Made by a program: the position numbers and the translations under genes | NCBI GenBank assembly: GCA_951406725.2 | Contig: OX597819.1 | Location: 93,620,001 to 93,684,000 of the forward strand | DNA: 64,000 nucleotides | Direction: 5' to 3' | Source: Octopus vulgaris | Taxonomy: Eukaryota | Part shown: positions 11,758 to 23,916 of the stretch, piece after piece | Position numbering within the stretch: position 1 is the first letter of the stretch | How the letters are laid out: every line of letters begins with the position of its first letter | The notes under the pieces: generated by a model | The model's database searches: none | What the model was told of the DNA's origin: nothing | What the model saw: only the letters and a program-made list of their open reading frames with translations

Positions 11758-13029
11758 TTGGATCATCCCATAAATAATGTTTTTTTATACTTCTTTTATT
11801 TTTCAAAATTCAGATAAACAAAGTTCTTTTTTAATTTAAAATATACTCTCCTTCATTTTCTACAATGCTCTTCCATCTATCTGGTAGACTTGCAAGGCTG
11901 CTCTTCCAAAATTCACTTGCCCGTGATGAAAAATATTCCTCTAGTACTGTTCTGACCTCATCTACAGAATTCATATATTTTTCCGTCCAAATGATTTTGA
12001 AAACTGCGGAATGAATGATAATCAGATGGGGTAATGTCCAGTGAACATGGTGGGTGGAGCATCGTTTTCCATTCACACTGTTCAACCTTTGGAATGTCAT
12101 CTTCACTGTATGTGGCTGAGCATTATCCTGAACACATTTTGCCTTGAAACCAAAGATGGTCGTTTTTCTTCTAGTGCTGACTTAAGCTGCTCAAACTGCT
12201 CACAGTAGATCCATTTGTTATCGTTTGGTTTGGGTTTAAAAGTTCAAAGTGGACTAAACCTTTCATATCCCATCAAACAGATAACAACACCTTATGTGGG
12301 TGAAGACTTTTCCTAGCCTGGGGTGCTGGTGTTTCTCCTTTCTCTACACACTGTTTTAGGTTTTTGACATTTTTATAGAGAAGTCTTTCTTGTCACCAGT
12401 CACTATTCAGTCCAAAAAAGGTTCATTCACGAAACGTGACTGCAAAGAAGACCACACATTCACTCTCTGAGCATGATTAGACTCGAAAAGTTTGTGAGGA
12501 ACCCATTGACCCAAATTGCTAATTTTTCCGATGGCACACAGGCATTGATGAATATTCGAATGATCAAATCCAAGCTTCTCTGCTAGTTCCTTAACAGTTG
12601 TGATGGGATAGGATTTTATTCCTCTAGGGTTTGCAGGACATCCTTGTCAAGTTCTACAGATCTTCCAGGATAAGGCTCATCTTCTAAACTGTAGTTTCCA
12701 CCTCAGAATTTCTGGAACTACTGTTGACACTGGCTTACGCTTATTGTCTGATCCCCATATACTGCATTAACATTCCTCACACTTTATTGCCTTTATTGAA
12801 CTCATAAAGCATAATATGCCAAATATGTTCCTTTGTCACTTCCATTATGGCTTTGAAAAAATAACTTTTAAAATCGAACTGCACTTTCCAAAACTTGCAC
12901 TAAGAATAAGTACAGAGTAAAATTACCACCTGCTTTTATAGCAAGTTGTTGCAGGTAGTTCACCCTGTCTCCCTCCGACTTTTAGTTCATGCAATTGAAA
13001 AAAACTGCATTATTTGTGAGATGATCCAA
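11758..13029 (-). mobile_element. full-length degenerate mariner transposon (~1.27 kb)
   Basis: TIRs ttggatcatcccataaataatg / cattatttgtgagatgatccaa; TA at 11756-11757; internal transposase remnant. Confidence 0.95.
11831..12845 (-). pseudogene. mariner DD34D transposase pseudogene
   Basis: Start MEVTKEHIWHIMLYEF; WVPHKL (~12488-12505), IVTGDKK (~12387-12406), QDNAQPH (~12110-12130), HPPCSLDITPSDY (~12020-12056); C-terminus LPDRWKSIVENEGEY; stops and frameshifts. Confidence 0.93.
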
Positions 13030-13250
13030 AATGTGTGTGTGTGGGGAGGGGGGGTGTATATGTGTGTGTGTATTTAGGGACAGGTGTGCTTAGATTTACA
13101 AATGAGAGAAAAAATACTACTCAATCAGTTACATCAAGGAAGCTGAGATGACCTTATTAACTTACTTTTGATCTTATCCATATGTACCTTTTCTCGGATT
13201 CACCAATCCACTTGTATTTATTTCCCTCTAGCACTTGCATTTACCATTTT

Positions 13251-13442
13251 CCCTTCTGATGAGACTATTTGGCAGTTTTAGCTTGAAGACAGTCACTTAT
13301 GATGCTTTATGCAAGTTGTTAATATTTCTGCTTATTTGCTGTGTATAATTTTTGCTTCATTATGTAATTATGTACTTTTTTATTCACTTAATATGGATCA
13401 TACTATCAACCAGTTACCAAATCCTCGAAACAGCTGTATAGG
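13251..13442 (+). ncRNA. type I hammerhead ribozyme motif with a long loop II, inside a Penelope-like repeat (~13150-13700)
   Basis: CTGATGA 13256-13262; stem II gactatttgg / ccaaatcctc (8/10); GAAA 13427-13430; palindromic ACAGCTGT plus A17; imperfect stem I cctt/tagg. Confidence 0.6.
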
Positions 13443-13739
13443 ATAATTTATATATTTATCTTGTAATTTGCATACGTATATATAATATCTCATAGAAATG
13501 AAGTACTGTCACCTAAAATTATTTGTCCTTCTTTTGCTTATTACTCACTTGAGCTATATATTTCTTTTAACTCTTCTCCTGCTGGACTATTGTACTCTGA
13601 TTGAGAAGCTGGAGTTCAATAATCTGAACAGTCTGGGCACTAATTTGATACATTTCTATTTTCTACTTGTACTAACCTCTTCTCACCCACTACATAAACA
13701 CATATATGTAATTTCTTATATATAAAATATATAATATTG

Positions 13740-13982
13740 TATATTGTATTTAAAATCTTATGCATATATATATAATATACTATATACAAATATAGTATAT
13801 ATATATGTATATGCATGTATATATATATATGTGTATATATATATGTATATATGTATATATATATATAATATACTATATACAAATATAGTATATATGTATA
13901 TGTATATATGTATATTTATATATGTGTATATATATGTATGTATATATGTATATGTGTGTGTATGTGTATATATATATATATA
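13740..13982. repeat. compound (TA)/(TATG) microsatellite with a duplicated tataatatactatatacaaatatag unit
   Basis: Direct inspection; the unit occurs at ~13771 and ~13864. Confidence 0.85.
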
Positions 13983-14749
13983 TCTTAGCTTCAGAAAGAT
14001 ATATTTCCTTCTTTCTCTCTTGCTTCTTCCCACTCTTTCTCATGCACACACTATCTTTTGTGCATATGCACTTACATTCACACACACACATAATCTTTCA
14101 AAACCTTTAAGGTGTGTGTGTGTGCATGCGTGTGTGTGTGTGTGCACAAGAGTATCACTTTCAATTTTACGAAACTAAGTTAACATAGTTACAGATGATC
14201 CATTTAAATCATTTCCGCACACTACAAACAGTATTATTTCTCATTTCCATACAAATAACAAGAGAGCAGAAGATCTGACCATTCCCAGAAATGAAAAATC
14301 TCACTTGTCAGACAATAACAATCAAGAGAAACAACTGTCTCTATTCTGGCATTTGACATCTCAGCAACTCAGCGGTAGCAACATTGCCAACCATATTATA
14401 TTGTTAATAGATAAGGACTGCTGTTGAAATCTGTGTAGCATCACCTCCAGGACACCCTTGAAAATTATACTTTTTCCTTCCTTCCTGCCTTCCTTGTCCC
14501 CCCCCCCCCCGTCTCATCAGGTTTGTTTATTTTCTTTAGTGTTTTATTTACACCATCACTGACCAACACGCGTTTCATATGGTGATTTCAAAATATCAAT
14601 AACCTTTCAACTTTCTCTCCCTCTTTCTCCTCCTTCTTCTTCTCCTTCTTCTCTTCCTCTGCCCTCAGCCACACAACTCCAAACATATTGATAGAATATC
14701 GAATGCGATTGGTTCGTTTTCATACTGTTTGCACAGAAGGGTATTGATT

Positions 14750-14892
14750 TGTGTGTATACGTGTGTGTGTGTGTACTCACATATATATGTATGTATGTGT
14801 GTGTGTGTCATGCATGCCAGCATGCCAATGATGATGATGGGATATATATATATATATATATGTACATATACATATATATATGTACACATATA

Positions 14893-14974
<82 letters not shown>

Positions 14975-15048
14975 TATGCATATTTATAAATGCACTTATG
15001 CTACATCTGTCTATCAGCCTACCTACATATATACTATTTATCTATCAA

Positions 15049-15090
<42 letters not shown>
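14750..15090. repeat. (TG)n/(TA)n/(TC)n compound microsatellite
   Basis: Direct inspection. Confidence 0.92.
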
Positions 15091-15092
<2 letters not shown>

Positions 15093-16135
15093 GTTTTCCT
15101 TCTTTTATTCATTCTCCTTTTCTCTTGATGCATAAATTTACTCATCTCTTCAAACACACACACACGCTTAACAAACCTCTCAACACATACCCATACACAC
15201 CCATACACACCACCCCTACACAGCATTTCCAAAGATTTTTTGTTTTTGTCTCATTCATCTGAGTTAATATGAATTTTGGCTCCCTGCCAACTGTTTATCA
15301 TCGAATAAGCAACTTTGTGTTTTAGGTAAAAAAAGATAAAAAAGAAAATGCCTGGGATCAAACCTAAGACATCTGAATAAAAATATCTTAAGCAATTTCA
15401 TTCATTGAAACCTCTGGAAAGAGTCCATAAGATTATTTTTGCTGTCTTTCTTTCTTATTTATCTATCTATCTTCTGTCTAATTCCAAACCGAGTCTATTT
15501 CTTTCCAAGCAGAATCCAAAATGTGTGATGAAGACACTGTAACAATCGGTATCTTATATCTTTATCTGCAGGTCAAGATCTTACAAGAAATTTTTGATGA
15601 ACATGATTGCCTGGAGTTTGCCAAATTCACTATTCTCAGTCTGTGTGTGCATGTGTGTGATCTTTTGAGCTGTATGTGCAGAGAGAGAAGAGAGAAAGAA
15701 GGATAGAAAATGAAATGTCAGTTGTTGTACCTATAGAAAGTTACAGCTAGCTACATCAATTTATTCTCAATTTACAAAATTTCAATCAGGTAACCATTTA
15801 TCATGGACATACAATACTGCCCATTCACATATACACATGTATGCATAGACACATACATCTGTCTATCTGCCTCACTCCTTATTTCTTTATCTATCTATAA
15901 TAATTTTTTTCTATATATATATATATATATTTCATTCTTGTATTTGGTTTGTAAGATTTTTGAAGTGAACTCATGTGTTGAAACCGATTTATTGGCATAA
16001 TGACCCTCCCAAGATACAACATATATATATATATTATCAATAATAATAAAGGGTAAAATTAATTAATTAATTAGTAATTAATAATTCTACCAAGTAGTGT
16101 TCAGTATGTTAAAAGGACCATTTATGGTAAACATA

Positions 16136-16195
<60 letters not shown>

Positions 16196-16324
16196 ATATA
16201 CTAATTGTGACTGGCAGTACAGGCTAGCACCTATATTGCTAGAAATAAGAACTAAAAGCCCTTATAGCCATAGGAAGCACAAGTCTATGCACTGTGCATA
16301 GACTTGTGCTTCTTGCAGCAACTG

Positions 16325-16523
16325 AACTTTTCTTTTTTGTCATTAAACTGTGGCCATGCTGGGGTACTGCTTTAAAGAATTTTGGTTGAATGAATGAACC
16401 CCAATATTTATTACATTTTGTAAAGCCTGGTGCTTATTTTATTGCTCTCTTTTGCTGAACTACTAAGTTACAGGGATGTATACACACAAACTCCAATTGT
16501 CAACTGGTGGTGGGGGAAAAAAA

Positions 16524-16557
<34 letters not shown>

Positions 16558-16680
16558 ATGAATGGCTTCGTTCAGTCTACCAAATCAAAAGGCTTTGGTC
16601 AGCCTGAGGCATATAATAGAAGACACCCAATTTGTCACACAGTGGAGCTGAATCCAGAGCCATGCAGGGCAAGCCTGTGC
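16325..16680 (-). mobile_element. SINE family B
   Basis: ggccatgctgggg tail, gctgaactactaagttacaggga, internal (CA)n, gtctaccaaatc...ggctttggtcagcctgaggc. Confidence 0.8.
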
Positions 16681-16710
16681 CTATATATATATAAATATAT
16701 ATATATATGT

Positions 16711-17021
16711 ATCACGTGATCACATGATCGACCAGGCTATCAGATGTTGCTACACATCGCTGGCCACAATGCACTTCGCATTGTTTTTAGCTTTCAAATG
16801 ACGCTACCCTGCTGGCTAAGCGAGCAGGCCTACAGAAGAGACAGTGAGAGAAAGTTGTGGTGAAAGAGTACAGCAGGAATCGCCAACACCCCCTGTCAGA
16901 GCCTCGTGAAGCTTTAGGTGTTTTCGCTCAATAAACACTCAAAACGCCCGGTCTGGGAATCGAAACCGCAATCCTATGACCGCGAGTCCGCTGGCCTTAC
17001 CACTGGGCCATTGCGCCTCCA
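16711..17021 (-). mobile_element. young tRNA-headed SINE
   Basis: Minus-strand head tggaggcgcaatggcccagtgg (A-box) and ggtttcgattccc (B-box); CpGs largely retained; homolog of 38348-38652. Confidence 0.88.
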
Positions 17022-17355
17022 CACATATGTATATATATACATACATGTATAAAATTATTTGTAGGGTTCATTTGGATCGAGGTATTATAATATTAAGGAC
17101 ACCAAGTAAGGTTCAAGATGAGCATATTTAAATATATACCATATGTAGACACACCCAAATATATCCATGTATTTACAGACATGTCCAAACAATTACATAT
17201 ACATGTGCATAAGATTGATCAATATACACATACATATAAATATACATGTATATGAAATTATATATCCATGCACAACAACATGAAGTTTTGTGACTCACTG
17301 GGAGTTCCAGATCCAATGTTGAGAAAGTTCCAGGTGAAATGTTATATATGTGTAT

Positions 17356-17523
17356 GATAGATCGCTAGCCACTACACATTCTTTGTTTTCTCTTTTTGTT
17401 TCTTTCTGTGGAAGAGCGTAGGCTCGAAATGTTAAACACGTTTTCAGCTCCTGAGCGTTATACTAATACATCTGCTTGCTGTTTACACCACCTGTCTTCG
17501 TCTTTTGTATTTTTTGTAAATTC

Positions 17524-17530
<7 letters not shown>
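17356..17530 (+). mobile_element. short Penelope-like element with an A6U-variant hammerhead motif (copy 1)
   Basis: tttCTGTGGA-A-GAGC-gtag-GCTC-GAAA-tgtt-aaa at 17403-17436; homologs at 45826-46012 and 56314-56503; ends in (TA)n. Confidence 0.7.
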
Positions 17531-17572
<42 letters not shown>

Positions 17573-17574
<2 letters not shown>

Positions 17575-17748
17575 TACACTTACGGAGTGGTTGGCATTAG
17601 GAAGGGCATCCAGCTGTAGAAACACTGCCATATCAGACTGGGCCTGGTGCAGCCTTCTGGCTTCCCAGACCCCAGTTGAACCGTCCAACACATGCTAGCA
17701 TGGAAAGCGGACATTAAACGACGATGATGATGATGATGATGATGATGG
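17573..17748 (+). mobile_element. family C RTE-tail element
   Basis: gagtggttggcattaggaagggcatccagctgtagaaac...catggaaagcggacattaaacgacgatgatgat. Confidence 0.85.
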
Positions 17749-17848
17749 ATGGATGCATGCATGGACAGACAGGCAGACAGATGGACAGATACATAGATTC
17801 ACACACATATATACATACATACATATATACATATAATACATATATATA

Positions 17849-17897
<49 letters not shown>

Positions 17898-18446
17898 TTC
17901 TATTATTGAAAGCAATGGTAACAAATTATTAATGTAAATCTGTACAATATGGCCTTATTAATTCTTTTATCCTGAGAACAGGACATGCTCCCTGTGTAAG
18001 TAAACTAGACAGTGCCACCTCATCCAGTCAAACTTGCTTATATTTGACAACTTATATTATGCCAGACTCTTGTATAAATATAAATTATTAAGCATAAAAT
18101 ATAATGCAAGAAATTCCAACTATATTTCAGCTAATGGCTACTTTTTTATGCTAAACAGACACAATTCCCAAAGCAATTTCTGTTGTCATTTTTTGCATGC
18201 CATGTCACTACATAAAGGTTTCCCTTGTATTCATTTATTCTTTTACTTGTTTCATTCATTTGACTGCAGCCATGCTGGAGCAGTGCCTTGAATGGTTTTA
18301 GTCAAATAAACCAAGCCCAGAACTTATATTTTCAAAGCCTAGTACTCATTATATCAGTCATATAAACACACTGACACTGGTTGTTAACCGGTGATGGAGG
18401 GATAAACACAGACAAAAGAGCACATGCACACACACACACACACATA

Positions 18447-18486
<40 letters not shown>

Positions 18487-18754
18487 CACTATTGAACCTT
18501 TGGAGGGGCATTATGCCAGTACTAATATACATACGCACTGGTTCAGTCCTTTATTGTTAGTTAATGGGTTAGTTACTCTGTTAACCAATTTACTGATCAG
18601 CTGTTTTTTACTAGTTTTTCAAACTCATATATTAAACACTTTAGTCAAACAGTTAATTGCCCAAATGTTCAGTTTTGTTAGTGTTATCATTTCTTTTTTT
18701 TGTCAAATAATTATTTCATCGCAAACCAAATACAAATATGAACTATATATATTG

Positions 18755-18935
18755 TGACACCCTTCGATCATGAATGACCATGGGATTGCACCTAGAAAGT
18801 TACCCTCCGAGGCACAATTCTGGGCAAGGTTGTTTATGGAAGACCAACAGTCACCCATGCATACCAGCCTCCCCTTTCCAAGGGAAAGGCAAAAGCCAAT
18901 ATAGCTTGGTACCAGTGACATCACAGCTCATTTAT
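18755..18935 (-). mobile_element. SINE family F, 3' half
   Basis: gaccatgggattgcacctagaaagttaccctcc...catgcataccagcctcccct, homologous to 6812-7150. Confidence 0.8.
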
Positions 18936-19927
18936 TAACGTGCAAGTGACTGAGCACAAAATCCATTAGATTCTCTTCAACGTTTTGTCCGTGAACAGAT
19001 CGTGGTCTCAAAAGCGACGAATTAAATTTAAATGTTGAAGTGAATCTAACGGATTTTGTGTGTTTCTTAAATGGCTTATAAACACCTTCCATGCTGCAAT
19101 TGTTTATATATATATAGCATGGAAAGTAGACATTAAACGATGATGATGATGATGATATGTGTGTGTGTGTATACACACATGATAAGCCATCTACTATATC
19201 CACCCACAAGGCCTTAGTTTGCCCAAGTCTACAGCAAGTGACCCTTACTCAAAGTGCCGTGCAGTGCAATACTACCCAAAACCATGTGACTGCAAATCAA
19301 ATCTGTTATCACGCAGCCAAACTGGTTCCATATGAAGAAAGTTTATAATAAGGAAAGAAAAATGCAAGATGCAACAAAATATAAAAGGGAATGTCTAATA
19401 CAAGAAAATAAAAAGTTAGAGACATAGGTTTAATCAGAATTTCAAAGGGAAGTGATTCTTATTTATCTAATGGGTCCACCATTAATGCTCTAATTTGTAA
19501 AACAATCAGAGTTGAAAGAAATGCTAGATAATAATTATGTAACTGTTGAATAGATTTCGTCCAAATCAATCAAATCTCAAAATTTCTGCAAGCAATAGAA
19601 ACATTAACGTTTCATTGTTCTCTAATGGTTAGCACATTTGCTCAGTAACAGCAGGTAATTTGGTTCATTTCTCATTGAGAGAACCAAAGCACTTCAATAT
19701 TTAACTGTATTTTCTTTTTTCAAATGTATACTTGATATTCAAAGGAGAGTCTGTGCAAAGTTGTTAAGTTTGATTGCTGTGGAAAAACAAAGTAGAGAAA
19801 GATGAAAGTGTTATTATCTTGGCTGTAAGACAGTGAGTAGTTTATCTTCATCAGTCTCTGATTTGGCAATCTCAGTACTAGAGCCCTAATTTACATGTAT
19901 TCTAGTAAATTTGTGCACACAATACAT

Positions 19928-19982
<55 letters not shown>

Positions 19983-20428
19983 AATATATGTTAAGACTGG
20001 TAAAAATATAATGAATACCTCTAATTTGATAAAGGTAGGGTGAATATCATTGTTGAAGGCAGTGGTACTGTTAAGTTTAATCCAAATATGTGTGTGTGTG
20101 TGTGTGTGTGCGTGCGTGCACACGTGTGTGTGTGTGTGTGCATGCACACGTGTGTGTGTAAGCTTCTTTATCCAATTAAGCTTTCAATCCAATGCTAAAA
20201 TTGTTGGAGAAAATAACTTCTTTGATTATTGCTTATTTCTATATCCATAAAACTAATCAATTTTATCTACACTTGACATATTCAAAATAATGGTATGACT
20301 TGTGTGAAGACTAATAAATAACCAATAATTGAGTTATATTGCAAAATATAAATGAAATTAATAGTCTTACTACCCTGTGTACATTGCTCAATTATCAATA
20401 TAAATTGAATTAATGGAGATACTATTAA

Positions 20429-20429
<1 letters not shown>

Positions 20430-20506
<77 letters not shown>

Positions 20507-21535
20507 GATGGCAAGTTGGCCGAATCATTACCATGCTGGACAAAATGATTAGCAACATTTTATCCATCTTTATGTTTTGCATTCAAATTCTGTACCAGTT
20601 AAACACTAGGGTCTTTATAATCGACTTACCTCTCCCTCTGAAATTGCTGGCCTTTTACCAAAATTTGAAACCATTATTATTATTATTGTTGTTGTTTGAA
20701 AGACACTCAGATAGTTCTTAATTACCGGTTGTTCTTTACTTGAAAGTAGGCCATAACAAATCATCAAAGGTTTCAAGTAGTGCCTTCTCCAGTAACTCAA
20801 AGAGACAATACTCTCCTTAGAGTGCATGCTGTACCCACCAATGCTATCTTCTGGATCACTTTGAGCTTGACAGCAGCTCCAATATTCTTAATATGTTTTC
20901 CAAAGCTCTTGGAAACTGCTCTTAATGCTCCAATTACTACCAGTATCACTATTACTTTTCTCATGCCCCATTACTTTCCGATCTTATCCTGCAGTGGCTG
21001 GTATTTCTCAATCTTTTCTGTTTCTTTACAATTATTATTATCATTATTATTATTACTATTATTATTATTAAGGTGGTGAGCTGTCAGAATTGTTAGCACG
21101 CCTGGCAAAAATGCTTAGCAACATTTTGTCTATCTTTATGCTCTGAGTTCAAATTCTGTTGGGGTCAACTTTGCCTTTCATCCTTTCAAGATCGATAAAT
21201 TAAGTACGAGTAAAACACTGGGGTCAATGTAATCAACTAGTCCCCTCCCCACCAAATTTCTGGCTTTGTGCCTTCAGTAGAAAGGATTATTATTATTATT
21301 ATTATTATTATGGTAGTAAGGTGGCAGAATCATTAGCATGCTGGGCAAAAAGCTTAGTGGCATTTCATCCATCTGTATGTTCCGAGTTCAAATTCTACTG
21401 GGGTCAACTTTGCCTTTCATCCTTTCGGGGTAAATAAATTAAGTACCAGTGAAACACTGGGATCAGTGTAATCAACTAGTCTCCTGGCAGAAATTCCAGG
21501 CCTTGTGCCTTTAGTAGAATTGATTATTATTATCA
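20430..21535 (+). mobile_element. (TTA)n array holding three SINE family A copies (~20505-20672, 21070-21288, 21311-21522)
   Basis: Each copy is flanked by ttattatt tracts; gtcaactttgcctttcatcctttc core in two copies. Confidence 0.85.
20697..21028 (-). mobile_element. R4/Dong-clade non-LTR retrotransposon 3' fragment
   Basis: Minus strand 21027-20797 reads KETEKIEKYQPLQDKIGK*WGMRKVIVILVVIGALRAVSKSFGKHIKNIG...IQKIALVGTACTLRRVLSL*, the typical EKxEKY...VVIGALG...QKxALLGTAxILRxVL ending; flanked by (TTA)n. Confidence 0.85.
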
Positions 21536-22189
21536 TTATCAATTTTCATTTATTTCATTTTTATTTTTGTTAAATAATAAACAGAAATACATTTTATATA
21601 AATGATATCATTGTGATGCTGTGATATAAAGCATGCATAAAAGTTATATGCATATATATTAATTAACATGGAAAGGACACATGTTCTAGAATCTTGCTTT
21701 TGTATCGATTAGTCATCAAGTGATCTTATCTTCCTAATGAGTTGAATAAGTTTTGACTTTCCAACATCTTGTTTTCCAGCCATTATTCCAATTAAATGTA
21801 ACCAATTTAAGCAGTTTGAAATAATGTTAAACTTCCTTACTTTATTTGCTTTGTGTCTAGATTGGTTCAAATCATTTCAAAAATTTAAAATACACATCAT
21901 CAACTGTTGCAAAATTAACTACTGTATATATTAAAAAGCTTTCATATTTTGATTGAATAAGTTGTTCACATTACATAATGCTAATTATGAGAAATAAACT
22001 CACAAAAATATCATTAAGAGAGTTTTAATAACTTTACTATAGACTACTTATGCATACACACATAAATACATACATGTATACATGTATATATGTGTGTGTG
22101 TATGTATGTGTATACAAATATATATATGCATATGCATGTATATACATATACATACATATGTATACATACATGTATATATATGTATACAT

Positions 22190-22335
22190 ACATTATTTAC
22201 ATTTAACAGATACTTGTCTACATCTTGTTTGTAGTTAACACAACGTTTTAGCTGATATACCCTCCAGCCTTCATCAGGTGTCTTGGGGAAATTTTGAACC
22301 TGGGTTCTCATTCCTAAGGCATTTTTCGATGTTAT
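22190..22335 (-). mobile_element. Penelope-like short element with a CpG-decayed hammerhead motif
   Basis: Minus strand acacCTGATGA-aGGCTG-gagggtatat-CAGCT-aAAA-CGTT-gtgt at 22238-22281. Confidence 0.7.
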
Positions 22336-22367
22336 AATAATAATAATAATATTAATTCTTCTTCTTC

Positions 22368-22400
<33 letters not shown>

Positions 22401-22402
<2 letters not shown>

Positions 22403-22892
22403 TAATGAGAGAGCAGTGCATGCCATCAAAGTGACACTGGGGTAAAATATACAAAGCCCAGTATACCCATCATGACTACCCGTCTGATAAGGGTACACTA
22501 GGCTCATGCATCACAACCATATGTACACAACATGGTGATCTCATATCAAGATAAACAGTGCATGACCTTGCAGGTGGGGCCCAGTTAGAATTTTTTTCTG
22601 GTCGAGTAACCCATCATGGTCGAAAGGTCCCTGAATAAGGGTTGTTTAAGAATGTTGAATGAAACACCCATGTTTCCAGAGGTAAATTATTCAAACACCA
22701 AAGAATCCTTCTCAACACATGGCTATGTTGCTCCCCCACTACTTCTGCTCGTGATCAGAGATGCACATATCGTCAGCCACTAAGGGACATGCTCAACTGG
22801 TTATGGTCAAACAACTGACAAGCAAATCTGTGGTATTGAGCAGAATATTTGCTGTAGCCCATCTTTTATACCAAGACAAAACAATGTACATG
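22401..22892 (-). mobile_element. family D element abutting a (TTA)n tract
   Basis: High similarity to 3238-3742 (opposite strand) and to 53575-53726. Confidence 0.8.
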
Positions 22893-23577
22893 TGTTGGAC
22901 AGTCTATATGTGTGTGTGTGTGTGTGTTATGAAACAGCCTGTTGACTAATACTCTGGCAGCAGACTGAACTGAGTGATTGAAGCACAGCAATTTCTCATA
23001 TTATGGAGAGGTTGCATTTCTGAAATATGGAAGTCCATATTTTCTATTTTGCTTGTTTTTATTAATTTTCACTGAATACAAAATGAGATGCATTTCTAAA
23101 GAATTTTAGAGAAATAAAAAAGAACAAAACCAAACAATACCACTTCTTTATGCACAAAAATAGCTATTTTAAACATATGCAGTACATAAAAACATTTAAA
23201 CATTGGAAAAGATATACATTAGAATAAAGTTTTTTATTTTTCATTTGAATGAATATCATGTTTAATGGTACAGTTTTATCATTAATCCACACACTGAGGA
23301 ATTATTCTATATTAAGTGTCTCATCAGTTTTATGAAAAGCAAAACAATGTCTGCGCATCAAACAGAGTAGGTGCTTTACCATTTTACTTGCTTCAGTTGT
23401 CACATATAGTTCCTACTGTTTTTGCGATAAGAATGAGTTATTCCTTTCATGAAACCTTTGTAAGCATCAGGTTTAACATCTAATGTAATATCCCTATCAC
23501 ATCTATTTTCTTTTCTCCACCTCACTCTCTATTTTGTATCCTATCTAAAGTTATTACATAAGCATCCTCTCACACCA

Positions 23578-23626
23578 TCTCCGATGAATGATATAATTAA
23601 TAAATACCCTGGAAACAGCTGTAAGA
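23578..23626 (+). ncRNA. degenerate hammerhead motif (U4C core) in a Penelope-like repeat
   Basis: tct-CCGATGA...ccctg-GAAA-CAGCTGT-A-aga; stem II decayed. Confidence 0.5.
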
Positions 23627-23682
23627 CCTATCTATAAATGTTCTAATACCTACACAGCCTTGTTTTTTTTTATCTCATTACG

Positions 23683-23916
23683 CAAAGCACCATCCAATCG
23701 TGGCCGTTTGCCAGCCTCGTCTGGCACCTGTGCCGGTGGCACGTAAAAAGCACCCACCACACTCACGGAGTGGTTGGCATTAGGAAGGGCATCCAGCTGT
23801 AGAAACACTGCCAGATCAGACTGGGCCTGGTGCAACCTTCTGGCTTCCCAGACCCCAGTTGAACCGTCCAACCCATGCCAGCATGGAAAGCGGATGTTAA
23901 ATGATGATAATGATGA
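23683..23916 (+). mobile_element. family C RTE-tail element
   Basis: Same core and gat tail as 17573-17748. Confidence 0.85.

Noticed and set aside
15521-15706. ORF starting MCDEDT, like an actin N-terminus
   Set aside because: Similarity ends after five residues; no actin motifs and only a weak donor.
16950-17021. tRNA-like A/B boxes here and at 38348, 40090 and 49517
   Set aside because: These are SINE heads continuing into shared SINE bodies, several with TSDs; not standalone tRNA genes.
21709-21783. Minus-strand peptide MAGKQDVGKSKLIQLI resembling a Walker A (GxxxxGKS) motif
   Set aside because: Hits a stop 15 codons after the motif with no usable splice donor and no other GTPase motifs nearby; likely chance.
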